From contig OX597834.1 in assembly GCA_951406725.2 (NCBI GenBank), positions 29,264,001-29,328,000 on the forward strand: 64,000 nucleotides of DNA, in the 5' to 3' direction. The DNA comes from Octopus vulgaris (Eukaryota). A program made the translations under genes and the position numbers. The notes beneath the pieces are model-generated. The model saw only the letters and a program-made list of their open reading frames with translations. It was not told the origin of the DNA and made no database searches. Numbering within the stretch: the stretch's first letter is position 1; each line of letters begins with the position of its first letter. Positions 30,156 to 43,151 of this stretch are shown here, one piece after another.

Positions 30156-30247
30156 CAGTCATCTGAAGAGAGCAGTTTCTTTCAAATTGATGTAATGTTC
30201 TCATTAATCAATTAAATGGAGCTGCTCGAAACGGCTGTAATGAATTG
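30156..30247 (+). ncRNA. Type-I hammerhead ribozyme, canonical core, long stem II
   Basis: tcat-CTGAAGA-gagcagtttc...ggagctgctc-GAAA-cggctg-TA-atga: 10-bp stem II, near-palindromic stem III, stem I tcat/atga. Confidence 0.75.
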
Positions 30248-30271
30248 ACACCTGTACACCTTTGTTATTTA

Positions 30272-30310
<39 letters not shown>

Positions 30311-30648
30311 TCTTCGTTTAACGTCCGTTTTCCGTGCTAGCACGGGTTGGATGGTTCGACTGGGGTCTGGAAAGCCAGGAGGCTGCACCAGGCTCCAGTC
30401 TGATCTGGCAGTGTTTCTACAACTGGATGCCTTTCCTAACGCCAACCACTCCGTGAGTGTAGTGGGTGCTTTTTACATGCCAGGGGAGGCTGGCAGCGGC
30501 CACGATTGGTTGGTGCTTTTTACGTGCCACCGGCACAGAAGCCAGTCAAGGCGGTGCTGGCATCAGCCACGTTCGGATGGTGCTTTTTATGTGCCACCGG
30601 CACAGGTATCACAACTACTATTTCGATTTGATATTTATTTCGATGTTG

Positions 30649-30690
<42 letters not shown>

Positions 30691-30745
30691 CGGAGATGTA
30701 CTCGCATAGCAAGTAATTTGATCTGAGATCGTGTGCTGAAACGAA

Positions 30746-30947
30746 AACAATTGCAGTGTGGAAGGTGTTTATAAGCCATTTAAGAAACACACAAAAGCTG
30801 TTCAAGCACGGATTTTTGTCAGTGAACAGGTCGCGGATTTTAGCGACGAAAATATTTTGACAAATTAAACTTAAATGTTGAAGTGAATCGAACAGCTTTT
30901 GTGTGTTTCTTAAATGGCTTATAAACACCTTCCATGCTGCAATTGTT
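30746..30947. repeat. Inverted repeat, ~58-bp arms
   Basis: aacaattgcagtgtggaaggtgtttataagccatttaagaaacacacaaaagctgttc and its reverse complement ending at 30947. Confidence 0.9.
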
Positions 30948-31122
30948 GTATATATATATATAATATAATATAAACATATGCAAAGTTGGAAAGAAGCTTG
31001 ACAGTGCATATAAAGAATGTATCATGTAGTTCTCTGCCTTTCTTGGCAGCACAACAAAACTGCAATTGTCTGGGAGTCTTCCTACCAACACTTTGATAAT
31101 AAGAGAAAGAAGAACACATTTA

Positions 31123-31347
31123 CCCTTTCGTTACCAACCTGGCTGAAACCGGCTCCGGCTCTTTAGTATAAATGTCTTGTTTTCATAAGTTTTGAATTCA
31201 AATCTTCCACAATTCAAATCTTAGTCACAATTTATGTTCCTAACACTAGCTCAATGATAACGATGTTATTTTAATAAATTCTTTGTTATATTTAAAATAA
31301 TTGGAAGAAACACAGAGCATCTCAAAATAAATACAGTAATGAAAGGG
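31123..31347. mobile_element. piggyBac-like MITE
   Basis: ccctttcgttac ... gtaatgaaaggg, with ttta / ttaa flanks. A similar degenerate left end lies near 62446. Confidence 0.6.
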
Positions 31348-31928
31348 TTAAGCAAGAACAATTCTGGAGAAGCAAAGGTGAAACATTGAGCGACCACTTT
31401 CTCTGGAAATCCACTCACGGACATATACTGGTGTCAGTCAAATTGAAGAAGACACAGAATACCAGGTGACGGATGTTAGGGGCTGCTGTGGAAAATCAGG
31501 ACAATTGGTATGGGGCAGTTGTGTGTTGGTCCAAACAAGAAACCCAGCTGCATAGATATGTATGTGTGTTATGTATGTGCTTTGTGTGTGTGTGGTGGTG
31601 GTGGTGGGTGTATTCATAAAGTTTCAAATATTTCAAGAAGAAACGTGTTTGGGGAAACAAAATTTATTATACTTATTAACAAAAAATGAGAAGAAAATAA
31701 ACAAAAATAAAACAAAACAAAAAACTTCCCTTCTCAATGTTTTACTGCCCCGCCCACCCCTTTCATACTTCATTGATTCTCGAAGAAAAGTAAATAAATT
31801 TTCTTACTTTTCTGCTTACATTACATTAAATTACATGTCTTTCTATGGGTACATACATATATAAACATACATACATAAATATGCATAGACACACATATAT
31901 ATATATATGCATATTTACACAGACACCC

Positions 31929-31961
<33 letters not shown>

Positions 31962-32040
31962 TACACACACACACATATGTTTGTATGCATGTAAGTATGT
32001 AATTATGTATATATGTGTATGCATATATATATTCATACAA

Positions 32041-32085
<45 letters not shown>

Positions 32086-32500
32086 CACATATATATGTGC
32101 ATATACACACATACTCATATACATATATATGCGTGTGTTCATAAATGTTTATACACTAGCATATATGTGTGTGTGTATGTATCTATGTCTGTATGTATAT
32201 GTAGATATATGCACACACACACACACACACATTTATACATATATATATATATTTATATATCATATAATACACATACATCTTGTACAACTTTTATAACGTT
32301 ATAAATTTTTGGTTGAAATACTGCCTAAACACATGTCCAGAGAAGAACATAAAAAAAAAGAGAAACAAATGTGTGCAGCCAGTTAGCTATTTCAAACCGA
32401 CACAGAAAATATGACAGAATGATCAGACTTGTTAGAATAATGTTCCTTCAGCCAGTTCATTGTGAGTAACATGTATATGTATATAGTATGTGTGTGTGTG

Positions 32501-32531
<31 letters not shown>

Positions 32532-32532
32532 G

Positions 32533-32563
<31 letters not shown>

Positions 32564-32779
32564 GCATACATATATATACATATATATATATATATATGCA
32601 TACACACATATATATATATGTATATATATATATATGCATACATATATATATGCATACATAAATATATATATACATACATATATATACATATACACATACA
32701 TATGTACATACATATGCACATACATATATATATACATATATATATATATACACACATATATATATACACATAAATATAC

Positions 32780-32814
<35 letters not shown>

Positions 32815-32989
32815 AATATATATATAGACATATATTATGTAAATAGATGCATATACACGCATATACATTCGTCTATATATATATATATATATATATATAT
32901 GTTCTTCTACACACCTATTGATATAATTACTTCATATTTTTAATATAAAGAAATAATAAATTTCATATCAACATCTTTTCTTTTGCAGC

Positions 32990-33314
32990 ATAATGTTTTC
33001 CTTTTTTTTTTTTCTTTTTTCATGAAATTCTTCAATTCTTTGGTTACTGTCAACAATAAATTGATTCTAAAGCAATTCCAATGTCATTTTAATATTTATT
33101 CTTTTTTTGGTGATGTTACCTAAATATTTTCCAATGTTGTTGCTGATGAGGGGAAGTGGTGGGGCGGCAGAGGTGGGTTTCATTTGAAATTTCTTTTCAA
33201 TAGTCAGGGGTTTGATAGGTTTTAAAGTTTGATTTCCTTCTGTATTAGTTCGTTTATTTTGTTTTCCTGTCGGTTCTTTATGGTTTGCGCCAACATTGAG
33301 GAAACTGTTTAAGT
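32990..33314 (-). other. Candidate 3'-UTR/terminal exon of AhR
   Basis: About 180-nt pyrimidine tract (minus strand) ending in cccag| at 33315, followed by unique sequence containing AATAAA. Linkage to the 40653 donor and the exon end are not demonstrable. Confidence 0.3.
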
Positions 33315-33936
33315 CTGGGATGATTGTAGAAGAAGGAGGAGAAAGAAAGGAAGTGAGGGAAGAAGAAGAAGAAGAAGATTGAGGATTGGGTGGAGGACAA
33401 GAAGGAGGAGTAGGTGGCGAACAAGGAAAAGATAGAGAAGAAAAAACAAGGAGGGGGAAGTGGAGGAGGAGGAGGGAAAGATGGAGAAGAAGGATCAAGA
33501 AATTAAATAGAAATAAGTTTGTAAAAGCAAATCCAAGAAGGAATTGTTATTGTGTAACATCCATAGACACAGATTCATCCACATTATACACACACACACA
33601 CACACACAAATTCATGCATATACCAATTGTTGGTCCTCTAAGATTTGTGTTGTTTCATACACCTGCAATATTGTGTATCTTTATAACACAATACACATGA
33701 TAATGGCATCAGACTCATTGTTCATCCGAAACAGATGTAAAATAAGACTTTTACATCCGTCTTTTTATTTATTTGTATTCATAGCTTTCCATGTAAATAC
33801 ACACCTTTTGTCCACTTGTTTACCTGGTTTGTCTACTTCGTTAGTACTTACCATACATCATAATTATAGTCAACTTCCAACACTGAATCTACCTGTTGGA
33901 AGCTAAATATCAAGGTTTTTCTGGGAACTCCTTGCT

Positions 33937-33979
<43 letters not shown>

Positions 33980-34205
33980 CACGAATGGTGTTTGTGTTTA
34001 CTTTTTATGTCCTGAGTTGGATCTATAGTTTAAAGTAGATTGCATATCTATAGTTTTCTACCAACATACAAACACTTAATGTTTTCAGTGTTGTTTATTT
34101 CAATGGGAGCTCTGTGTTAGAATTCTTAGCCATTTCTGGCATCCTACCGGTCAATATGCCTTGATTCTTTTAAATCCATATAACAGAATGATATATATAT
34201 ATATA

Positions 34206-34483
34206 TATATAAGAAATTAAAAAAGGAAAATAGGCACACTTACATGGTTATAATATAATTTTTAGTGTATCGACCGGTTTCGCAATCGCTATTCATGATA
34301 TAATGTTTAATTTATATGAAAATATATTTTTTCTTAAGAAGAATTTCTTCTTAAGAAAAAATATATTTTCATATAAATTAAACATTATATCATGAATAGC
34401 GATTGCGAAACCGGTCGATACACTAAAAATTATATTATAACCATGTAAGTGTGCGTATTTTCCTTTTTTTAATTTCTTATATA
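34206..34483. repeat. Near-perfect palindrome with ~138-bp arms
   Basis: Centre at ~34344 (aagaagaa-t-ttcttctt). The arms differ by one substitution and a one-base homopolymer indel. Confidence 0.95.
34388..34420 (+). ncRNA. Minimal type-I hammerhead-like ribozyme, A3:U8 core variant (mirror copy 34268-34300, minus strand)
   Basis: tatc-ATGAATA-gc gatt gc-GAAA-ccgg-TC-gata: stem I tatc/gata, 2-bp stem II, palindromic stem III, cleavage triplet GUC. Confidence 0.65.
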
Positions 34484-34532
34484 CATTACATTCCACTACG
34501 TGGGGACAACCGAAATTCCTCTTTTCTGTTAC

Positions 34533-34617
<85 letters not shown>

Positions 34618-34739
34618 CTGAGAAAGGAGGTGTATTTCAAATTGATGTAATGCTTGCATTGATCGATTAAATGGAGTCACCTGAAACGGCTGTAAAGCAC
34701 TAATACCTGGACATCCTTGTTACTTATTTGCTTCATACA

Positions 34740-34796
<57 letters not shown>

Positions 34797-35242
34797 TTTA
34801 TCTCTTCTTTTGCCTTGTTTCTGCCATTAGAAACAATGTAATGTTTCTAATGGCAGAAACATTAGACTGTGGTCATGTCAGGGCACTACCTTGAGAAATT
34901 TCTAGTCAAGTGGATTGACCCCTGTACTTTTTTTTTTGGATTCAGGCCAGGTAGTTATCTTATGCCAAACTGTAAAGTTACAGGGATGCAAACAAACCAA
35001 GACCAGTTGTCAAGTGGTGGTGGTGGGGAACAAGGACAGACACAAAGACACACAAACAACCCCGCCCCATATTTATGCATGATGAGCTTCTTTCAGTTTT
35101 TAAATCCTCCCACGAGGCTTTGGTTGGTCCAAGGCTATAGCAGAAGACATCTGCCCAAAATGCCATCTAGTGGGGCTGAACCCAGAAACATATCGATGGG
35201 AAATAAACTTCTTAACCCTCAGCCATTCCTGCACTCATACGT

Positions 35243-35286
<44 letters not shown>

Positions 35287-35736
35287 TTACATGCACACAA
35301 ACATAAGTGAGAATTGCCTGACAGAACGAGAGAGAGAGAGAGAGAGAGAGAGAAGGTGAGGCAGAGAGAGGGAGAGAGAGAGAGGGGGGTGCCTGTGAAC
35401 TCACCTGAACATTCACTTTTCTGATCCAGTTGAATATGATGATATTGGGGGGCAGTAGATAAGTGACAATGATGTGGGGGACGGGTGGAGGAGGGAGGAT
35501 TTCAGAAGAAATAGAAAGCTGGAAGTATATTTTACAATGACATCCTCCCTCTCTCTCTCCTCTCTATATATTCATCAGACTATCTTATTCTTTCTGGTAT
35601 ATGTTACATATACACATATTTATTAATATATGTATGTATGTATATGCACATACCTCCCAGCTCCTAACATGCACACACACGTATACATATTCATGCTATC
35701 TATCAATATATATATATATAAATATGTGTGTGTATG

Positions 35737-35767
<31 letters not shown>

Positions 35768-36030
35768 GTATATATATATGTGTGTATATGTATATATATG
35801 TGTATATATGTATATATATATATGTATGTATATATATATATGTATATGTATATATATGTATATATATATGTATGTATGTATATATATATGTATATATATA
35901 TGTATATATATATGTATATATATATATATATATATGTGCGTGTGTGTATGTATATATATATATGTGTATATATATATGTGTGTGTGTATATGTATATATA
36001 TTTATGTGTATATATATATATGTGTGTGTG

Positions 36031-36081
<51 letters not shown>

Positions 36082-36121
36082 ATATGTATATATATGTGTG
36101 TATGTATATATATATGTATGT

Positions 36122-36154
<33 letters not shown>

Positions 36155-37524
36155 GAATTTTGCGTGTACACGCATACACACACATGTACCTGAGTATATA
36201 AAAATATGTGTGTGCACAAACTTATATATTGCTATACTACACACATGAACATATACATATGTATATACCAATTTATACTTACACATGCATACATGTGTGT
36301 GTGTATGTATGGATTTATGTTTGTATGTACGTATGTATATACATACCAGTATACTAGTATACATAAACGTGTGTGTGTGTGCACGTGTGAGAGCAGAAAC
36401 ACACATATACTGCTTGCACGTAGATCTGCGCAAAGAGCCGACAGAAGGGATATCTCTGGTGTCAAAACCAAAGTGTTATCAACGAGAATCCTTTGGACAA
36501 ATATTATTCTTGAGTTAATCAATTTGGTCATTTTTGTCAGAAGGATGACTACAATGTTAGTCTGGCCAATTGATGTGGAGTACAGCCGGTCCCAGGGGAC
36601 TGGTCAATGTATGAGTCGCTGAGCCTATTGCTTATAACAGCAGGTTAGGTAGGGATTGCAGGCAACAGTCTTAATAGTGATGAGAATGGAGGAAGGATTG
36701 TGTGAGAGTGGGAGAAGAAGGAGGCTGGAATGAGAAAGAGTGAGGAGAGGAATATTTAAAGAATCAGAGAAGGGTAAACAGTGATGATGGGAAAGGTAAA
36801 TGGACAGACAGACAGGCAGAGAGACAAATAGATAAATGGACTGACAGGTAGATAGACAGATACATACATACATACACACGCACACATACATACATACATA
36901 GAAAGATAGATACATACATACATAGAGAGATAGAGGGTGAGAGAGAGAGAAGTAAATAGATGGGTGTAGTTAGATAGATAGGTGTGGTTAGATAGACAGG
37001 TAAAGAGCGGGGGAGAGAGAAGTTAATAGATAGGTGTAGTTAGATAGAGGGATAGACAGTAGGCAAGATAAAAAAAGAAGTTAATTTTTAAAAATCTATT
37101 TCATTCAGTCTTCTCTGTCATCTGGTGTCTGATTCATTGGAATTTTCTGGAAAAGAATTGGGAAAAAAAAAAGCAATTAATAAACTGACAATAATGGAAA
37201 GCAATCAGGTGACATACAGACAGACAAACAATCAGCCAATGTAATATGCACTTAAGTATACCAAATTCTTTTATTCTGTGTGGTTTTTTTTTCTTGTCAG
37301 TTTTTGCCACTGGATTGTGGCCATACTGGATCATTGTGGTGATGACTGATACAAATTATTATTGTACATTGATGACCTCATCTTATCTCCTTTATTTTTT
37401 TATGGTAAGAAAAGGGGAGGAGAGAAAGAAGATGGAGACATTAGGTTTTGAATTCATCTGTGCTCATGGTTTTGGCCAGTCACATCAACTCCCTTACTAC
37501 TTGTTTTTATCTCTGGCACTTATA

Positions 37525-37920
37525 CTCTTTTACTCTTTTACTTGTTTCAGTCATTTGACTGTGGCCATGCTGGAGCACCGCCTTTAGTCGAGCAAATCGA
37601 CCCCGGGACTTATTCTTTGTAAGCCCAGTACTTATTCTATCGGTCTCTTTTGCCGAACCGCTAAGTGACGGGTACGTAAACACACCAGCATCGGTTGTCA
37701 AGGGGGACAAGCACAGACACACAAACACACACACACATATATATATATACATATATACGACAGGCTTCTTTCAGTTTCCGTCTACCAAATCCACTCACAA
37801 GGCATTGGTCAGCCCGGGGCTATAGCAGAAGACACTTGCCCAAGATGCCACGCAGTGGGACTGAACCCGGAACCATGTGGTTGATTAGCAAGCTACTTAC
37901 CACACAGCCACTGCTGCGCC
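37525..37920 (-). mobile_element. SINE family A, full length
   Basis: Colinear with 563-962. Confidence 0.9.
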
Positions 37921-38062
37921 TGTTAATGATCCTATCATTATTTGCTTAATAGTTTAACTGTGTTCTGTTGTGTCTGGGGAGAGTCATTTTCTTTTTGTGC
38001 CTTGTAATGTAACACACTCACTGGTAAAATTTCCACTTTTACTTTTCAAAACTATTTGAAAA

Positions 38063-38099
38063 CTATTGAAAAGGTTGCAAGATGCAACGAAAATTTTAG
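38063..38099 (+). ncRNA. Minimal hammerhead-like motif, U3:A8 core variant (second copy 27387-27423, minus strand)
   Basis: cta-TTGAAAA-g-gttgca aga tgcaac-GAAA-at-TT-tag: 6-bp stem II, AATT palindromic stem III, only 3-bp stem I. Confidence 0.45.
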
Positions 38100-40652
38100 G
38101 AAAATAAAAATAAGAAAAAAAGTAGAAATTTTACTGGTGAGTGTGTTACATAAGGCACAAAAAGAGAATGACTCTACCCAGACACAACAGAATATGCTTC
38201 AACACAAGAACTCATATAAAGAATCTTGCAAACTAAATCCAAAAACAAAATAAGTTAAACTGTATTTTTTGGCATAACAATGCTTGATTCTTAAACAACA
38301 TCAGTTTATGCATAAACATACAGTTTTTACTCACACATACACACACAATACATACACATTTATCTAATTCTCTTTTGGAATGGTGAAACTCAAAGCAGAT
38401 ATTGCTATAAATAATATGTAACTACTGGGTGAAAAACTCCTTTGGACAGAAAATGTTGTCAACAAAATGTGTGTGTGTGTGTTTATATATATAATAGTCT
38501 TCTTTCAGTTTCTCTCTACCAAGTTCTCTCATGAGACTTGATCAACCCAGGGCAGTAGTAGAAGATACTTGTCCAAGGTGCTGCACAGTGTGACCCGAGA
38601 GCACATGGTTGGGAAGCAAGCTTCTTAACAACAACACAGCCACAGTGGTTAAAAGAATGGAAAGATTCTTTTCCTGGCTGTTGAAGGATGAATATCAAAT
38701 GACATAATACAATATACTCTAATCCACATAATATCTATTGTCATTAACTTTCACTCAATCAGAAAGCTGATAAATACAGCCTCAGAAAGGTTCAGTCTGG
38801 ATGACTTAACAAAGACAAACAGATTATATATATATATATATATAAATAAATAAAGAGAGAGAGAGAGAGAGAGAAACTGTTATGTCTGCTCTCTACATAT
38901 GTCTATATTTTAGTTGCTGTCTACAATTTAGTAAGAAAGCAAAATAGAATGCTAGTCAGTTTGAATGCGTGTTTGTGTGGGAGAGAGAGAAAGAATGAGA
39001 AAATTGTCTTTCCATAGCATTGAAGGCAGGTTTAATGCCCAAGCTACATCTCCAATAATCTCCAATGAGAGGTTCAAATTGAGATGTTTTGCAGGAGGAA
39101 TTACAACCGTGTTTCGTGGTCTGCTACCACAACAGCTCCTTTATAGGATCCAGTTAGCTCAAGACATCATCAGGAGGAACCACGTCCGGTTTCGGCCCCT
39201 ACACCTCTACTGTTTTGACGTGGTGGGGCCCCCCCTTTCGGAGGTGTCTTCAGCTCTGGTGTTGGGTGCATGTCTTCTTTCTTCTTCTTTCTTCTGTTCC
39301 CTGGCCTCTTCAATGTATCGTCAGCAAGTGTCAGCCGGTGACTGACTGTCTTGTCAAATTTTTCCCTTTAAATACCTGCTGCATAGGCTCCAGCAGGCAG
39401 CCCCAGCAAGTTGTCACATGACACTGTCTTACCTTATCTGACTAGTGAAGTCGCGTAGTTTTAGCCCGCACTTTTTCTAAACGACCGTCACCTGACAGGC
39501 AACACAAATTTCTGCTATGTTGCATATGTCCTTTGGTGTTTAAATACAAAAGACATGACCGGGTGTTTAATATTTTCTAACAACTTATCACAAGTAACAC
39601 AAGATGCGATTGGCTGGAATACATGTTGAAAAGTGTGTCTAGCTGCCTGTATAGCTAGATTGTGCTGAGAGTTATTTTATTACCAAAAATGAATATTGTT
39701 GCAAAAATGTTGAAGTAAATATTTAAATGACAAAAGCAAAGTCCTATGGCAAGCACCCTTTGTCTGTCCAAAAGTATTTCCATAAGATTATCCCAAACGT
39801 TTGTGCTTATTTTCTGACTTTTCAGTTAACCCTTGTTTCATATACTCACTCAGTCCACTCAGCTGGCAAATATCATTTGTACCTGTAATACAGAGAGGGC
39901 CAGCCTTGTCACATCCTGTGTCATGCTGAATCTCCCCGAGAACTATGTTAAGGGCACGTGTTTGTGGCGTACTCAGCCACCTCCATGTTAATTTCACGAG
40001 CAGGCTGTTCAATTGATTGGATCAACTGCAACACTTGTCATCATATTCACTGGAGAGCTAGGCCATCATTGTTCAATACATTCTAAGTTATATAAAACTT
40101 TCCTTTCGTAAGTCCAAAGTTACACTAGTGGTTGAAAAAAATGGGAATGTGTGTTGTATATGATACATGGACATCAGGGAAATATGTCTTTATTGCCCAC
40201 AAGGGGCTAAACATAGAGGGGACAAACAAGGATAGACAAACGGATTAAGTCGATTACATCGACTCCAGTGCGTAACTGGTACTTAATTTATCGACCCCAA
40301 AAGGATGAAAGGCAAAGTCGACCTCGGCGGAATTTGAACTCAGAACGTAACTGCAGACGAAATACCACTAAGCATTTCACCAGCTCGCCGCCTACATGTG
40401 ATACAAATGATAGGCAAATGAAAGGAAGAGAGAATAGTTTTTAACATAATATACTAGTAATTTGGAAGATTAGAAATGAAGTTCTAGAATTATATCTTGC
40501 TGTCCATAGATTTAACCTTTACACTTTTGTGTTTAAATTCTGGATACCTTTGCCGTTGCAAACTGTTTTATGACATTCAGGGATTTGGTGCACCGATTCT
40601 AAAACTTAAACACACACAGAAAACAATCATAACAACATCAATAAAAACTCAC

Positions 40653-40896
40653 CTTTTAATACCCTACTTTTGCTGCTTGAGAATATGTGTCCCCTGGAAT
40701 TAAACCCTGTTGTATTTTCTGGTGGCAGGGGTAACTATCACTAACACTAGCAACCGACGAGGCCCAGTCTTTGAGACAGCCGTAACCCACCGTGCTGTGC
40801 CGGCCGACATACTGCTGTATCCATGGCGACGTCGAAGCAGACGATTTCACAACAGGAACCGGGATGCTGCTCATGATTGCCTGCTTCTCACAGAGT
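40653..40896 (-). CDS. AHR: Probable last coding exon of AhR (stop TAA at 40656-40658)
   Basis: The first AG after a long AG-free pyrimidine tract (gtgaag|) is in phase with the 46676 donor, giving (R)LCEKQAIMSSIPVPVV...AAKVGY*. CpG-rich unique sequence, followed by a consensus donor AAG|gtgagt 3 nt after the stop. Confidence 0.7.
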
Positions 40897-41102
40897 CTTC
40901 ACATTGTTGGTAAAGAATGATGATAATTGGTGGAGGAGAGAAACAAGACGATGAACGGAAGAAGAAGGGTTTGATGGTTGTTTTTGTAAAAGAAGAAAGA
41001 AAAGAAAAATAATGAGAGATAAATAAAAGATATATTTTGTTTGCTTAAAAAAATTTTAACCATATATTACAGCATACATACATATTATATATGATTGTGT
41101 AA

Positions 41103-41141
<39 letters not shown>

Positions 41142-41290
41142 ATTGTATTACTCATTCATGTACGCTGTTTTGTTATATATTTTTATGTAGTGGTTTAATA
41201 AAGTATGTGATTGGGTATTATCTGGTAGTTGATAAATGATTTAGATGTATTTCTCCATTTTCTTATTTTGTATATATATATATATATATA

Positions 41291-41786
41291 CCATAAATCC
41301 TTGAGTATAGTCTGCCCTTGAGTATAATACACAGGGGATTTTTAGGGGGCTGTACCTCTGAAAAACCTAATCCTTGTGTATAATACGCACCCCTTCCTTA
41401 ACTTGAGTCAAGGAGGTCTATATAACGTCCTTGGTTTGTAAAAATGTATACGGTAACGTCCTTTATTATTATTGTATATATAACATAATGCAAACGTGTA
41501 GCTTTTTTGTGCATTTTGTTTGCGGAATATAAAGAAATAACAGTAATAACGTTTAATAAATGTTGCTTACTGCAAGTTATGGATGATTCTTTTAGGACTT
41601 CGTTGCTTTCAGGCTTAGCTTAAGGTATTTTCGCGCCTAACATCACAAAATGCATCTGAATAAACATTGCTGGACAGCAAATAGAGACTCGGTCATTGCT
41701 TAGAAAATAATTTTCATTTTTAACCTCAAATATAGTATGCACTAGGGATTTTGGGGAAAAAATGTGGATTATACTCAAGGATTTAT

Positions 41787-41788
<2 letters not shown>
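41291..41788. mobile_element. Tc1/mariner-superfamily (pogo/Tc2-like) MITE
   Basis: TIRs ccataaatccttgagtata / tatactcaaggatttatgg, inserted in a (TA)n tract (TA TSD). Confidence 0.85.
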
Positions 41789-41833
<45 letters not shown>

Positions 41834-42487
41834 CATGGCCCAAAAATCATAGTTTGTTGGTATATTGCAATCTGGGGGTCATAATCTGGTGGCTTCTGCT
41901 TTTGTATAAACTGCATTTTTGTACGTCCTGATTTTTCTTTATACGCCTCCCTATGTGTGTGTGGGGGGGAGGGAGAGGTGTGTTGTCTCATATTTAAGGA
42001 GTTGCACTCCAGGGTTTCGATTCCCAGACCAGCAGTATGTGAAGTTCTTGGACGAAAAAAAATTCACTCAGCTGCAAATGCATAACTCTGTAACAGACTG
42101 ATATTCAGTTGCGTGGGTACGTTTTGGCCACTTGCTCACCCAGTAGGGTGGAACCATTCAAAAGCTACAACAATGTAGGGAAGTACATTGTAACCAATGG
42201 TGTATAAATACATCAAATATTCCAGTCGGTACAATGATATATATATGAGAGAATGCTGCAAGGTTCTTGGTTATAAGGATATTGCAAAAGGCCTGCCTGA
42301 AGACCCAAGCTTCTGAATTCTTTTACAGGCCTTTTTCTGTCCTTGTTTCTTTCTGCGTTCCTTTCTGTGGAAGAGCATAGGCTCGAAACATTAAAGACTT
42401 TTTCTATTCCCGAGTGTTATATTAATACATCTGTTTGTTTTCTACACCACCTGTCTTTGTCTTTTGTTTTTTTTGTGAATTCTCCCC

Positions 42488-42540
<53 letters not shown>

Positions 42541-43116
42541 TATGGTGGTAGTCTCTCATAGTCCTAGAAAGACAGTCCTGCAATTTTTGCACAAATGATT
42601 TGTTTATTTGTGCTGTACATTTGCTCACTCCTTCCATCAAATCGATGCTTGCCTGAAAAGGAGTATGGTGTACCACACATCAAGTGTTGAAGTGATCACA
42701 ATGCACCACCCAACCCAGGAAGTGAAACCGTGATCTCTTGATTGTGAGTGCAGTACCCTAACCACCAGGCCATGCACCCTCACACACACACATCATAATC
42801 ATCAGCATCAACATCATTTACCCTACTAGTTACATGCTAGCATAGGTTGGACAATCTGATGGGTTCAGAGGATTGCTTCGTGCTCCTCTGTCTACTGTGA
42901 CATGGTTTCTATGGCTGGATGCCCTTTCTTACTTCAACCAATTTATCAAGGGTACCAGGTGATTGTTTTTCATGCCACCAGCACGAGTGAGGTCACCAGG
43001 CGCAGCTTGCAAGGTTACATGTTGTGAGAGAGGCAGCTTTGTGCGAACAGACAAACTGTTAAAGCATGAGGGAAAGAGTCAGAAAAAATATGTCAATGTT
43101 TATGTATATATGTGTT

Positions 43117-43151
<35 letters not shown>

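Noticed and set aside
33067-33498. 143-aa minus-strand ORF as an additional AhR coding exon
   Set aside because: The N-terminal half is a pyrimidine tract, and the long frame needs a phase-1 donor that none of the identified 3' exons provides.
36400-36640. Possible minus-strand exon after a caatag acceptor
   Set aside because: All three frames close within ~25 codons and there is no clear donor. It could be UTR, but that is unsupported.
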